DNA from: an uncultured Planctomycetota bacterium
GTDB taxonomy: Bacteria > Planctomycetota > Planctomycetia > Isosphaerales > Isosphaeraceae
Direction of reading: 5' to 3'
DNA length: 64,000 bases
Assembly (NCBI GenBank): GCA_963823665.1
Contig: CAWGMQ010000008.1
Location: 1,632,001 to 1,696,000, forward strand
A model generated the notes under the pieces. It was not told the origin of the DNA, searched no databases, and saw only the letters and a list, made by a program, of their open reading frames with translations. Made by a program: the position numbers and the translations under genes. Positions 43,101 through 53,300 of the stretch are shown in pieces (positions within the stretch are counted from its first letter, which is position 1; each line of letters starts with the position of its first letter).

Positions 43101-43544
43101 CTGGGAGCGGATTGGGCTTTTTACAACGGCGGGAACCGGTGGACCTACGGCACTTACATGTATAAAGCGGCCAAAGAGTTCGGCATGAAGTTCCGTCTCT
43201 CATGGCACTGGAATGTGGTTGCCGGCGACCCGTATTACGCGCTCGACTGCCGGGAAGACGATTACGCCTGGTGCAACACGTCGCCTGGCGGCGATCTCAT
43301 TCCTTCGGTCGAATTTGAGCGGCTGCGTGAGGGGCTGGATGATTACCGGCGGCTCTTGACGCTGGCGCGGCTTGCCGAAGAGCGCGGGAGTGCACCGGCC
43401 GCGCGAGCCGCCAAAGACTTGATCTCGAAGCGAATGGCTGCTTTCAGGCTGGGTCAGCGCGATCATGATGCACTTTTTCCAGTAGAGGACTGGGGGCAGT
43501 TTCGACGGCAGGTGGATGACTTGATCGAGGCGCTACGAAATTGA
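40161..43544 (+). CDS. Large secreted multidomain protein (CBM-like domains, zinc ribbon, GH123/DUF4091-like C-terminus)
   Basis: Signal peptide; NLLADPSFE...WIDDVTL jelly-roll; CSQC-N-CYAC; FDFG domain; GEYEP, ADEP, REGLDDYR. Confidence 0.65.
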   Translation: MRHLRIGIACVATILVVSITESIAADSANLLADPSFEQPKDRDQFGLVFAKWGGWKYEGDCEFRVGDLGHIGKHSCLLSGGVGAKIRITQNVELEPGRYQVTAYLRGLDITTGTYNASTEFMFDGKYIQLNKRGTFGWSKLTYVGEIKEKKQAGPSFGLFAPGFLWIDDVTLERVGQDVALTEAPVFGGEESPIAPPGELSGEAVRCSQCGYRNNATWKMCYACGVALELKAASAAGPKVKLIATFESGNPFSGGEVVGAHASEGRKALRVEKGYASLEQAQDWLGYDFLKADLFVEGRKPLNLYVEIRDSATDGYWTRVNYSTVVPPGKSTLIIPVKQLYVGEKSRPGRMLILNAITRLVFGVGDQPPAPLFIDNLRLERDDAPEKVRFDGLFAFDFGTGTSPLMEGFTPITPATEYSRGRGYGLKDARIWRAFDALQPEPLYQDFICIEAGGLAVDVPNGRYRVFVNIDSPSGFWGESQTYRQRTIVAEGIPVVREGMDFDAFRKKYFRFWNVEDLPSDNTFDKYQKAYFREKRFDVDVKDGQLNLEFQGENWGCSVSAVVIFPVTKAATGEAFLKYAEGRRRFYFDNYFKRVLPEPSGEPVLPTAEDRRRGFVAFQRDSMEDVSYNDTPRKKDIVDRVRGEAFAGEYEPMTVALLPLRGMGKVHASVSDLAGESSTIPASAVDLGYVSYRLSRVTSEGTVYTIAPRLIMPGGDVEMPQGLTRRFWMTVKTPPTARPGLYKGTLSIRAEGGGASRIPLEFRVRSGKLLAVDIPAGPFGYTTGIPWFGEDAKAAAFNQQMVRKSLQKMRDHGFTACSGLPSIAYGGFNQGKPVLDFRAADASMKLLKSLGFLGVSSYGGGVSGFDAYHQDSGAMGSAGVTEYSAFVKAIYSQVQRHAVQQDWIPVYYNLADEPIGDELIRSAENAEAYRKAFPKGPPFFTGASSLTGTNRDDPHFRLAKALNVVSWNDHDEASVKLLHSLGADWAFYNGGNRWTYGTYMYKAAKEFGMKFRLSWHWNVVAGDPYYALDCREDDYAWCNTSPGGDLIPSVEFERLREGLDDYRRLLTLARLAEERGSAPAARAAKDLISKRMAAFRLGQRDHDALFPVEDWGQFRRQVDDLIEALRN

Positions 43545-43566
43545 CTTGGGCCGACGGGGAGTTGCC

Positions 43567-45572
43567 ATGCGAAGAGTGAGCAGCATGATCGTCGTCGCGG
43601 TAGTCGCGGCGTGGCCGGGTTTGATCTCGGCGCAGGAGCGCACGATCGAGGGGGGCCGGTTGAACGGATTGAAGGTGCTTTCGGACAAGGTCGACGACGT
43701 GACGACGGTTGAGAATATCGTCAAGTCGTTCGCCAAGCGGGGAATGAGCGAACAGGATCGGGCCAAAGGCTTGTGGACGGCCATCATCCGGTATCGCCAC
43801 CAGACAACGCCGCCGAACGAGCAGCTCGCCGGCGACTGGGAGGCGCATGACCCGGTGAAGATCTTCAACGTCTACGGGTACTGCATGTGCTGCTGCTGTT
43901 CGGCGCTGGTCGAAGCGCTCAATCGCGAGGACGGGCGGGAGGCACAGGGGCGAATTCTGAACGGGCACAGCGTTCCCGAGGTTCGTTATCGCAATGGCTG
44001 GCACATGTTCGACGGCTCGCTGATCAACTATTTTCCAAGGCCCAAGGACGGTGTGGTGGCGTCGGTCGACGAGGTCGCCGGTGCCGTGGCTGAGTGGTAT
44101 GCCAAGAACCCGGGCTACCAGAAGAACGGTGAGAAGATCTTTCAACTGATGCGGCAGGATGGCTGGGAGGGATGGCGGCTAGCGGGGCCGCCGCTCTTGT
44201 CGAATTGTCCTTTCTATCGAGCGGGCTATCTGCCGGCACGCACGCACGGGTGGGATGCGACGATGGCCGAATACGACCGGAAGAGTGAAGTTTACGAATA
44301 TGGCTACCAGGTCGGCCACCGCGCCTTGTTTTCCTTGCGCCGGGCGAATCGTTCGTGCGTGAGGCGGGCAACCGGGGGCTGCACGTGAACATGGACGTCG
44401 ACCCGAAGTGGGAGGGTCTCAAGGCCAAGGCGCCGGAGAACGACCTGGTTTATGTCAAGGAATATCTGCCGGGATACCGCGGCGGCCTCGTTGCCAATGG
44501 CGTGCACCGTTATGCCCCCGCAGTGGTGAAGGGCGATCTGGAACGAGGAGCGGAGGTGTACGAGAACCTGACTTCGGGCGCCGGATCGGCGATTCGCGCC
44601 AGGGAATCTGGTCGCCCAGGCGTTCTGGTGATTCCTTTGATATCGCCTTACGTGTATCTGGGCGGAAAACTCAAGCTCGTCGCATCGGGCCGCTCGAGCT
44701 TGGATGTACTTAAAGTCTCAATTTCGACGAACAATGGGCGAACGTTCGTGCCGGTCTTTTCCGAAACGCAAGGCAAGCGCCGCACGGCGACAGTCGACCT
44801 CAAGGACAAGATCTTCAGACGTTATGCATACTGGCTTCGGGTCGAGCTTGAAGGTGGCACGGCGCTCGAATCGCTTGAAGTCGAGAATGATTTTCAGCAT
44901 GCCCCGCGGACGGTGCCGTGGCTGGACAAGGGAAAAAACACGATCACGGTTGCGGCGGACCGCGACACGGCGATCGCAACGCGGTCGATTGCCTGCCGGA
45001 TCACTGCGGACCCGGCGTTCAACAAGAATGAGACGAGCACAACGATGGGGGTCGTGTTCGACAACGTTGACGTACGCGGCGATGCGTGCTGGTGGAAGGG
45101 GGGTACGGGCACGATGACGGTGCCGGTTGAGGTGCCGGGCGATCTGGTCAGCCTGAGATTCAGTACGCAGTTTCGGGCGCGGAGCCCGAAGGATCGCATC
45201 CGGGTGACAGCGAGTGCCGACAACGGCCGGGCGTGGCGCGAGGTGGCCGTATTGCAGGGGCCGACTCAAGGCCGGACCGAGCACGTTCGCGCGGAGAAGT
45301 GGCCGGTCAAGACCCGCAAGGTGCTGCTGCGGTTCGAGATGACCGGGAATAATACTGCGGGCGTTCAGAGCTTTCGGATCGACGCCGACTACCACGATCC
45401 GATGGCTGCCCGGGCGCTGCGTCCATTTCGAGTCGTCCATCGGTGGAAAGAGGGTGCTCGCGAGAAGATGCACGCCGAGACGATCGCTCGCTTGCCGGCG
45501 AAGTATACGATTCAGGCGGCGAGCGAGCCGGAGATGGTGTCGGTGGGGTATGAGATGGAGGGGAGCCGGTGA
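43567..45572 (+). CDS. Secreted transglutaminase-like protein, frameshift near 44340
   Basis: Signal peptide; YGYCMCCCC, GHSVPEV, WHMFD consistent with a Cys-His-Asp triad; continues in ORF 44355-45572. Confidence 0.6.
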
Positions 45573-45583
45573 GTCTGAACGTG

Positions 45584-46417
45584 CTATTCTTTGAGCGGCA
45601 GGAGCTCGACTTTGCGGAATTCGATGGGGTGGCTTTCTGATTGAAGAGAGATCGTGCCCCCGTGGAGCATTTTGTCGCCGTTCTTGATCAGTTTCTTGCC
45701 TTCGGCGTCCTTGTCGTCGAGCTGGGCTTTTTCGTATTCGATCACCGTCTCGCCGTCGACCATGTGCTTGATCAAGCCATTGCCGTGCACCTCGACATCG
45801 ACCGAAACCCATTCGTCTTGGGGATAGGTCTTGGAGTGAGAATTCGTGCAATGCTGGGTGATGAGCCGGTCGCGCATGACGATGTTTGTTCCGGGTGTGC
45901 AGACGTTGCAGGTCGGGCGCTTGGCCTTACCGTCACCGCCCAGGAACTGCACCTCGATCGAGACGGGAAAGTCCTGGTCTTTTCTCATCGACTCGGGCGA
46001 CTGACCGTGGATCATCACGCCGCTGTTGCGCAAGGCCCAGCTCGGGCCGCCGGGACATTGCTCGCCGACAAAGCGGTATTCGATGTGCAGCTTGTAGTGC
46101 GAGAACGGGGTCTTGTAAAAGAGGTGGCCGAACTTGCCGTCGAATCGGGAGTACTTGTCGTACGAGACTTTCAGAACACCGTCTTCCACGCGGAAGGTGT
46201 TGCCGAAATTGTCGCCTGCTTCGTAGCCGGTGATCTTGGGTTTCCAACCGTCCAGGTCTTTGCCGTTGAAGAGTGGAATCCAGCCGTCCCTTGCGGGCTG
46301 ATCCTGGCCGAGAGCGCGAGACAGCCCAGGTTGGAGGAAGCCCACGGCGATTGAGAGAGCGAGCGAGCCGCTCAGCGCGATGGCGGTGGTTCTTGCATGC
46401 GATGCTCTGTTTGTCAT
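45584..46417 (-). CDS. DUF1080 domain protein
   Basis: LFNGKDLDGW, NSGVMIH, SIEVQFLG, LQSESHPIEFRKV. Confidence 0.88.
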   Translation of the reverse strand: MTNRASHARTTAIALSGSLALSIAVGFLQPGLSRALGQDQPARDGWIPLFNGKDLDGWKPKITGYEAGDNFGNTFRVEDGVLKVSYDKYSRFDGKFGHLFYKTPFSHYKLHIEYRFVGEQCPGGPSWALRNSGVMIHGQSPESMRKDQDFPVSIEVQFLGGDGKAKRPTCNVCTPGTNIVMRDRLITQHCTNSHSKTYPQDEWVSVDVEVHGNGLIKHMVDGETVIEYEKAQLDDKDAEGKKLIKNGDKMLHGGTISLQSESHPIEFRKVELLPLKE

Positions 46418-46437
46418 GGTGTTACCTCGATTTGAAA

Positions 46438-46740
46438 TCACAAGCGGGGCGGCGCGGGCTTGATAGGAGCGTCGAATACTTCCGGCGCCTTGTACTGACG
46501 GCCGTCTTGTTTGACGTAGAGGCAGGCTGGTTTCGCGGGATCGTATTGCCGGGGCACGTAGACCCAGTAGTCGCGCACGGTGCCGGGGAAGATCTTGCTG
46601 TGATCGAACGTGTATTTCTTCACTTCACCGCGGGGCGGCGCGTCGCCTGGTTGGAATTCAGCGGCGCGGAGATTCGTGGGGATCGCGAGCACAAGCGGGG
46701 TGAGGAGGTAGGCGAGGAATCGCAGGTAGGATCTTGGCAT
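46438..46740 (-). pseudogene. Truncated N-terminus of an esterase/gluconolactonase-type protein
   Basis: Signal peptide plus PRGEV...SKIFPGTVRDYWVYVPRQYDP..PACL.V.QDG...APEVFD, then an abrupt end. Confidence 0.65.
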
Positions 46741-47012
46741 GGATCGATTCCTGGGGGAGGGTGAGCAGGATTTACGATCGATCTGGGGCGGGGATGATTT
46801 TATCCGACGCGGAGACGTGAAGACAGGATGGTGTGGAGGAAGAGTGCGAGCGTCGAACGCGGGCGGGATTGGATGTGAGCAGCCGCTGTATTGAGAATGA
46901 ACCGCAATGGCGGACCCTACGAATTGGGGATTTTCTCGGAGGAAGCATGCACGGCGGAGTGGTCTCGAGGGTTGTGCTTCTGGTAGAGTACAATGATCCA
47001 ACCGACGAGAGT

Positions 47013-47125
47013 CCCTTCGCGGAGCGAAGGGCGACAATGGGGTGGGAACGGGGACGCACTTTCGCGGAGCGAAAGGCGACGATGGGGTGGGAACGCGAAG
47101 GCCCCTTCGCGGAGCGAAGGGCGGC
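47013..47125. repeat. Three tandem copies (45-nt period) of the TTCGCGGAGCGAA(A/G)GGCG palindrome
   Basis: Cores at 47016, 47061 and 47106; the linkers share ATGGGGTGGGAACG. Confidence 0.85.
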
Positions 47126-47158
47126 ACTGCGTGGATGTTTAGAGTGCTGGAGGTTTCG

Positions 47159-48232
47159 ATGTTCGGTTTCTTGACGGTTCTCGCGCTTCAGATCGCCTCG
47201 GGCGGAGCGAGCAAGGACGATCCCAAGATTTCGGATGTCGACTTCCGGGCATATTTCGACGCGGCACGCGCGGGGAAGTTGACGATCCCAGACGAAGCGA
47301 TTGAAGAAGCGCGGCGCTATCGGTATGTATTTGTCGGCGGATTTCATAACGAACGGCTGCCTGGTTATTTTGCGCAGAATGCGCGGGAGCTTCGCGCGAA
47401 GGGAGTGCCGAAGGAGGCAGTCCATTTTATATTCCCAAGCTCGCACCACTCCGTGGCAGGCAATGCGCGGGTTGTGCGCGAACAGTTTGAGGAGATTGCT
47501 GGCGCGGGCCGCGAAAAACTGGTCATCATCGCGCATAGCCGGGGGTCGTGCGACACCTTGGCGTTTGCTTTGCAAAACCCTGAGTTCGTCGCCGAGCACA
47601 TCCACGCTTTATTCTTGATTCAAGGTCCTTTTGGCGGGACTGCGCTGGCTGACTATGTGGTGGGCGAAGGACCGCCGATGGACCGGCGAATGCCGCTGGG
47701 ATACCGCGTTGCCGGGCATACGCTGGCGAACATCGAAGGCTTCATGCTCGATCACGGCAAGCACGGCGGACTGGCGTCGCTAGCACGACGAGCTTCGAAG
47801 GAGTTCTGGGAGGACATGCTCAAGGAGAGCTCGGCGGCGATACCGATCGTAAGCCCCAAGACTTTTTACATCACAAGCGAGATCCCAGCTTCAGGGCATC
47901 GGTTGTTCCAGCGTCCGATCGCATCGTATCTGGAAGTCCATTTCGGAGAGAATGACGGGGTGGTGGCGCTCGAGGACCAGAATCTCGCGGGTATCGGCAA
48001 GGTACTCGCCGTGCTCGATGCCGGGCACACGGATCTCACGAACCGCTTCCCGTCGGGTCGCGCTGCGCAACGGATGAGGAAAGCGATCGTCGACGCGATC
48101 ATCATGAGCGTCGGAGAAGAAAAGGCGGCGCAGTCGCGGGAACGGAAGGATCTACCGGAGACGGGATCGGGTGGCGAACGAACGATCGGCCAGGGCCGAT
48201 CCCGAGGACTTTTCAATATTGGTCGGCGCTAA
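47159..48232 (+). CDS. Secreted alpha/beta hydrolase (lipase-like)
   Basis: FVGGF, nucleophile elbow AHSRG, NDGVV, GH. Confidence 0.75.
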   Translation: MFGFLTVLALQIASGGASKDDPKISDVDFRAYFDAARAGKLTIPDEAIEEARRYRYVFVGGFHNERLPGYFAQNARELRAKGVPKEAVHFIFPSSHHSVAGNARVVREQFEEIAGAGREKLVIIAHSRGSCDTLAFALQNPEFVAEHIHALFLIQGPFGGTALADYVVGEGPPMDRRMPLGYRVAGHTLANIEGFMLDHGKHGGLASLARRASKEFWEDMLKESSAAIPIVSPKTFYITSEIPASGHRLFQRPIASYLEVHFGENDGVVALEDQNLAGIGKVLAVLDAGHTDLTNRFPSGRAAQRMRKAIVDAIIMSVGEEKAAQSRERKDLPETGSGGERTIGQGRSRGLFNIGRR

Positions 48233-49427
48233 CGATTTCAGCGCCGGAGCGGGTCGACAGCGCCTGGTAGACTCCCATGGGCGGTCCGGCGGTGAACAGG
48301 CCGGTCGAGGAGTTGTACGAGACGTTGGTCGGTGCACCGTTCGCCGGATTAAACGGCCAGGTGTTGACCGAATCCTTGATGAAGCGGACCGAGCCGTCCA
48401 GGAAGGCGAAGTTGCAGCCGCCGGGATGATAGCTCGAGGCGGCGATGGAAAAGTTGTCTTCCTGGGCGTCGTAGCTGTAGAAATAGTCGCTGCCGGGATC
48501 GTCGCCGATGCGGCCGAACGGGTTCATGGGATAGAGTGCGGTGAAGAGTGTGTCGCCGAAGTTCCCAGAAATCCAGGCACCGTTATACAAGTAGTCGATT
48601 GAATAATTGACGTCGGGTGTCTGACTGAACTTGCCGTGGGCTTTCTCGCCGAAGGCGAAGGTGTTGCTCAGGCCATCAGTAACCGAGGCGAGCGTTGCCG
48701 GGCGCACGCTGCCGGGATTGAGGGGGGCGATCGGGTTGGGTGCGACGGGCGGGTTTGCGTCGGGCCATCCGAGGTAGAAGAAGACGCCGTTGGCCTGGTT
48801 GAGGATGGCGAGATGCTGGGCAGGGGAGGTGATCGAAATCGGCACCTTGCAGAAGGTTCCCATGTTGCCAGCGTAGCTCGTGTAGGTCAGGACCTGCGTG
48901 GAACCGTCCCAGCCCCAGCCGGCGAAGGGGACATGGAGGCCGGCGATCGACGCGTCGGACGGACACCACAGGACGCTCAGGCCGACCGCGCCGACGGTTG
49001 CGTTGTCAGCGGTCCAGTTGATCAAGCTGTAGTTGTATGCGTTTGCCATGGTCTGCTGTTCGAAGAAGGGGAGCATCCGGGCGAAGATGCTGCTGCCGAC
49101 GTAATAACCGTTCGGACTGTACAGGCAATTGGGCCCGCAATTCTCTCGAGCCATTCCGTAGGGATAGCTGCCGTTACCACTCTCATAATTTGCCAGCGCG
49201 AGCGCGAGCTGCTTCAGGTTATTAACGCACTGAGCGCGGCGAGCGGCCTCACGCGCTGACTGGACTGCCGGCAGCAGAAGGGCAATCAAAACGGCGATGA
49301 TGGCGATCACCACCAGGAGCTCGATCAGGGTGAAGCCACCGCTACGGTGCGATCGGCCGCGGCGCGATCGCCCGCAGCGGTGACGGTTCTTGGTGAGAGA
49401 GCTGTTGAGCTCGAGTGAGATAGTCAT
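48213..49427 (-). CDS. DUF1559 prepilin-type N-terminal cleavage / H-X9-DG protein
   Basis: GFTLIELLVVIAIIAVLIALLLPAVQSAREAARRAQCVNNLKQ, TDGLSNT, HPGGCNFAFLDGSVRF; AAGGAG upstream. Confidence 0.95.
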   Translation of the reverse strand: MTISLELNSSLTKNRHRCGRSRRGRSHRSGGFTLIELLVVIAIIAVLIALLLPAVQSAREAARRAQCVNNLKQLALALANYESGNGSYPYGMARENCGPNCLYSPNGYYVGSSIFARMLPFFEQQTMANAYNYSLINWTADNATVGAVGLSVLWCPSDASIAGLHVPFAGWGWDGSTQVLTYTSYAGNMGTFCKVPISITSPAQHLAILNQANGVFFYLGWPDANPPVAPNPIAPLNPGSVRPATLASVTDGLSNTFAFGEKAHGKFSQTPDVNYSIDYLYNGAWISGNFGDTLFTALYPMNPFGRIGDDPGSDYFYSYDAQEDNFSIAASSYHPGGCNFAFLDGSVRFIKDSVNTWPFNPANGAPTNVSYNSSTGLFTAGPPMGVYQALSTRSGAEIVSADQY

Positions 49428-49457
49428 TCGACTTGCTCCTTGATGATGAGATCGTGA

Positions 49458-49688
49458 TCAGCGCCCGGGGGCGCGGCCCTTGGCGGGAGCCGCGCCCGCC
49501 CGTGATGACCTGGCCGTTCCGGGCGTCACGTCGACTTTCCTCTGGATGATCGCTTTCCTGGATTGATCGGGAATCTCGCTCGGGGTGGTCGACGAGCCGC
49601 AACCGGCAATCGGAATGATGATGACGGCGAACGAGGCGATGCCGCGCGAGAAGTTGAAACGCGAGAGAGCCCGTCTTCTTCGCCACAT
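49458..49688 (-). CDS. Small lipoprotein upstream of the DUF1559 gene
   Basis: Basic N-terminus, hydrophobic stretch, lipobox IAGC; stop 30 nt before the DUF1559 start. Confidence 0.6.
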   Translation of the reverse strand: MWRRRRALSRFNFSRGIASFAVIIIPIAGCGSSTTPSEIPDQSRKAIIQRKVDVTPGTARSSRAGAAPAKGRAPGR

Positions 49689-49971
49689 GGTTCGTTTCCG
49701 GCTGGAGATTCGTTGGTCCGCCCTGGCGCAGAGGCAGCGTCCGGGGGCGGGAGCGATTCATTGGTGACGCGCGAGCGATGAAAGCTCGAGTCGCCGGGAG
49801 GAGAGCGGCGCATGTCGATGGCGAAACCGGTTTGCCGGATTCGGGCATCGAGCAGACCACAACCCACTGGCGGCGGAAGCCTATGCGCGTGCGTGGACGT
49901 TCAATGTCAGTTCGTAACGTAGAATCAAGGTTTGATCAGGGCACGCCCTTCCCGCGAGGGCGTGAACCGTA

Positions 49972-50175
49972 TGGATGCGGGTAGGTCTTCGGACTCCCGA
50001 GCTGAGGTGTCAGGCCTTCTCATCGGGCCGCCCGCAATGGGACGGACCAACAATGGCAACAAGAGGGGTAACACCCGTAAGCGCTCGGTCACCGCGGCGG
50101 GGCCGTTCCGGATTCACACCGGATTCCCTGTTCGCCGGCTTCGGCAGGCTGCCGGGCCGGCCACCAGCATCTCGT
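49972..50175 (-). ncRNA. Cobalamin riboswitch
   Basis: Minus strand: GATGCTGGT...AACAGGGAATCCGGTGTGAATCCGGAACGGCCCCGCCGCGGTGA...GCCATTG...GAGAAGGC...GAGTCCGAAGACCTACCCGCATC; P1 GATGC/GCATC closes the aptamer. Confidence 0.9.
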
Positions 50176-50336
50176 GACGTGAGGGAATCATAGCGGGCCG
50201 CGCTGAACTTCGTCAAGATAGAGCTCTGGGATGAGTGGCTTGCCCGAAAAGCAGCCACGAACGAAGAAACACTGTCCCCGGAAGTGTTCATCGACGAGTT
50301 GGCGAAGAAATCGCCGGCCGAACCGGAGCAGAAGCC

Positions 50337-53300
50337 GTGAGCGAAGAGTCGTTATTCCAGAAAGCGCTCTCACGAGCACCCGAAGAGCACGCGGTCTTGC
50401 TGGAGCTGGCGTGCGCAGGGCGGCCCGAGCTGCTGGCGGCCGTCGAGGCAATTCTTGCGGCCCACAACATGGCGGGCGACGTACTCGACAGGCCCCCGAA
50501 CGATCCGGCTCGGACCGAGCTTTCTGGCTGTGGTCTGTGTCAACCGGGCGAAAGTGTTCTTCGAACCACGAGCCGTGAGGAAACTTCGCTGGCCGCGGCA
50601 GCGACCGCCGAAATTCGCCCGACGTCGGAGGCCGGCATGGTCATCGCCGGGCGTTACACGCTTCAAGAAAAGATCGGTGAAGGCGGCATGGGCGAGGTCT
50701 GGGTTGCCAAGCAGACCGAGCCCGTCAAGCGCAACGTGGCGCTCAAGCTAATCAAGTCGGGCATGGATTCGAAGGCCGTGCTGCAACGCTTCGAGCAAGA
50801 GCGGCAGGCGCTGGCGATGATGGATCATCCCCAGATCGCGCGCGTGCTCGATGGGGGCCTGACGCCGACCGGCCAGCCGTTCTTCGTCATGGAGCTGGTG
50901 AGCGGGCTGCCGCTCAACAAATTCTGCGACGAGTCTCGGCTCTCGACGCGAGAGCGGCTGGGGCTCTTCGTGCCGATCTGCCAGGCGGTGCAGCATGCGC
51001 ATCAGAAGGGCATCGTCCACCGCGACTTGAAGCCAGCGAACATCCTGGTGACCATCATTGACGGCAAGCCGATTCCCAAAGTCATCGACTTCGGCGTGGC
51101 CAAGGCGATCGCCGGCAAGCTGACCGATGAATCGATGTCGACGCAGTTCGGCCTGGTGCTGGGCACGCTCGAATACATGTCGCCGGAACAGGCGGCGTTC
51201 TCGGGCGAGGACATCGATACCCGGGCTGACATCTACTCGCTGGGAGTGATCCTGTACGGGCTGCTGACCGGTCTGCGCCCGATCGACGCCGAGCGTCTCA
51301 GGGAGGCCAGTCTCGCGGAGATGATCCGCATCATCCGGGAAGAAGAGCCATCGAAGCCAAGCACGCGCCTTTCGAACGAGGAATCACTGCCGTCCATCGC
51401 GGCCTTGCGAGGAACCGAACCGCGGAAGTTGATCACGGCGTTGAGCGGCGAGCTCGACTGGGTGGTGATGAAGTGCCTGGAGAAGCAGCGCGAACGGCGT
51501 TACGCGACGGCGAATTCTCTGGCACGCGACATCGAGCGCTACCTGGCCGACGAACCTGTGGAAGCGCGGCCGCCGTCAGCAAGCTATCGCCTGCGAAAAT
51601 TTCTCAAGCGCAACAAGGGTTCGGTCATCGCGGCGAGTCTACTGCTCCTGGCTTTGCTCGGTGGCATTGCGGGGACGACCTTTGGATTGATCCGGGCCGA
51701 GAAGGCTCGTTCCGCCGCGGCGGAAAAAGCCGAAGGAGAGCGGCTGGCCAGGCTGCAGGCTCTGGCAGAGCGGGAAAAGGCGGTCGCGGCCCAGAAAGCC
51801 GAAGCGCAGCAGCGTGCTCAGGCGATCGTCGAGCGCGACAAGGCGGTCGCGGCCGAAACGAAATCGAATGCGATCAACGAGTTCCTGGCTGAAGACCTGC
51901 TGAGGCAGGCCGAGCCCTCGAATAACGCACCCGAGGACCATGTGACGCTCGTTGAGGTGCTCGACCGTGCGGCCGAGAAGGTCGGCAAACGGTTCGCGGA
52001 ACAGCCTGATCTCGAACGAACCCTGCGTGCAACGATCGCGTCGGCGTACCATGGACTCGCTTACTGGGAGAAGGCGGAGAAGCAGTGGCGGTCGCTGCGC
52101 GATGCAGCGTGGCGGCGTAATCCACAATCTCCCCAATTCTACTTCTGCGAGGGGCAGCTTGCTCATATCCTGAGGCACCGGGGCCGGCGCGACGCCGAGG
52201 TCATGAAGATGGCAGAAACGGCCGCTCGTGGACTCGAGCGCACGGTGGGCAAGGACCACCGCACAACTCTGCAAATCCTCGGACTCCTCGCCGTAGCGTA
52301 CCGGGAGGACGGCAAACTCGCCGAGGCGATCTCGCTGCTCGAACGCGTCCTCAACGCCTCGATCTCCGAACTTGGACTGGACCACGCACACACCGTCACC
52401 GCGCGTGGCAACCTTGCCGTGGCGTACTATAGAGCAGGGCAGCACGAGAAATCCGTGCCGATGTTCGAAGACCTGCTCGAGCGCAAAGAGACCACGCTGG
52501 GCCGCAAGCACCCGGACACGCAGTTGACGGTGGGCAACCTCGGAGCCAACTACATCGAAGTCGGCCGGCTCAAAGAGGCAGTTGCATTGCTCGAAGAGGT
52601 CGCCGACTCCGCGCACAAGTACCCGAGCCTTCGCGTGTTTGGTGTTTACCTCGCCGATGCCTACGTGAAATCCGGCAGGCTCAGCGAGGCGATCGCGCTT
52701 GACGAGCGCTTCCGTGACGCCCAGCAGGCCACGCTCGACGCCGACAACCCCAGCGCTTTAGCCACGCTCAACAATCTTGCCGTAGCTTACTGGAATGCGA
52801 AACGACTCGACAAATCCGTACCCTTGTTCGAAGACGTCCTCAAGCGGAGAGAGGCCAAGCTTGGCCGCCCGCACCCGGAGACGCAGGCGACGGTGGGAAA
52901 CCTCGGCGTCAACTACAAGGATTCCGGCCGGCTCGACCGGGCAATTCCGCTGCTCGAGGAGGCCTACCACTCGAGACGCACGTTCCCGACCCTTCGCAGC
53001 TTTGGGCCTCCGCTCGCCCAAGCCTACGGGAAGGCCGGCCGGTCGGCCGAGGCCATGAAGGTGGCTCAAGAGTTCCTGGCCGAAACCCGCAAGACCTCGC
53101 CGAAGGACAGCCCTCGACTCGCTGTTGCCCTGGTGCAGATCAGCGTTGTGCTGCTGGAAGTCAAAGCCTATGGCGACGCTGAGCGGGTCCTCCGCGAATG
53201 CCTGGCGATCCGCGAGAAGACGGAGCCCGATTTCTGGACCACGTTCAACACGAAAGCGATGCTGGGCAACGCGCTCTTGCACCAGAAAAAGTACGCCGGC

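Noticed and set aside
47013..47125. Possible CRISPR array (three palindromic repeats)
   Set aside because: Only three units, the linkers are similar to each other rather than unique spacers, and no cas genes are nearby.
49942..49964. Intrinsic terminator after the riboswitch
   Set aside because: A hairpin is present but has no U-tract on the minus strand; kept only as a possible part of the expression platform.
50180..50336. ECF partner upstream of the first kinase
   Set aside because: No sigma-like ORF or recognisable remnant; the space is short and adjoins the divergent riboswitch.
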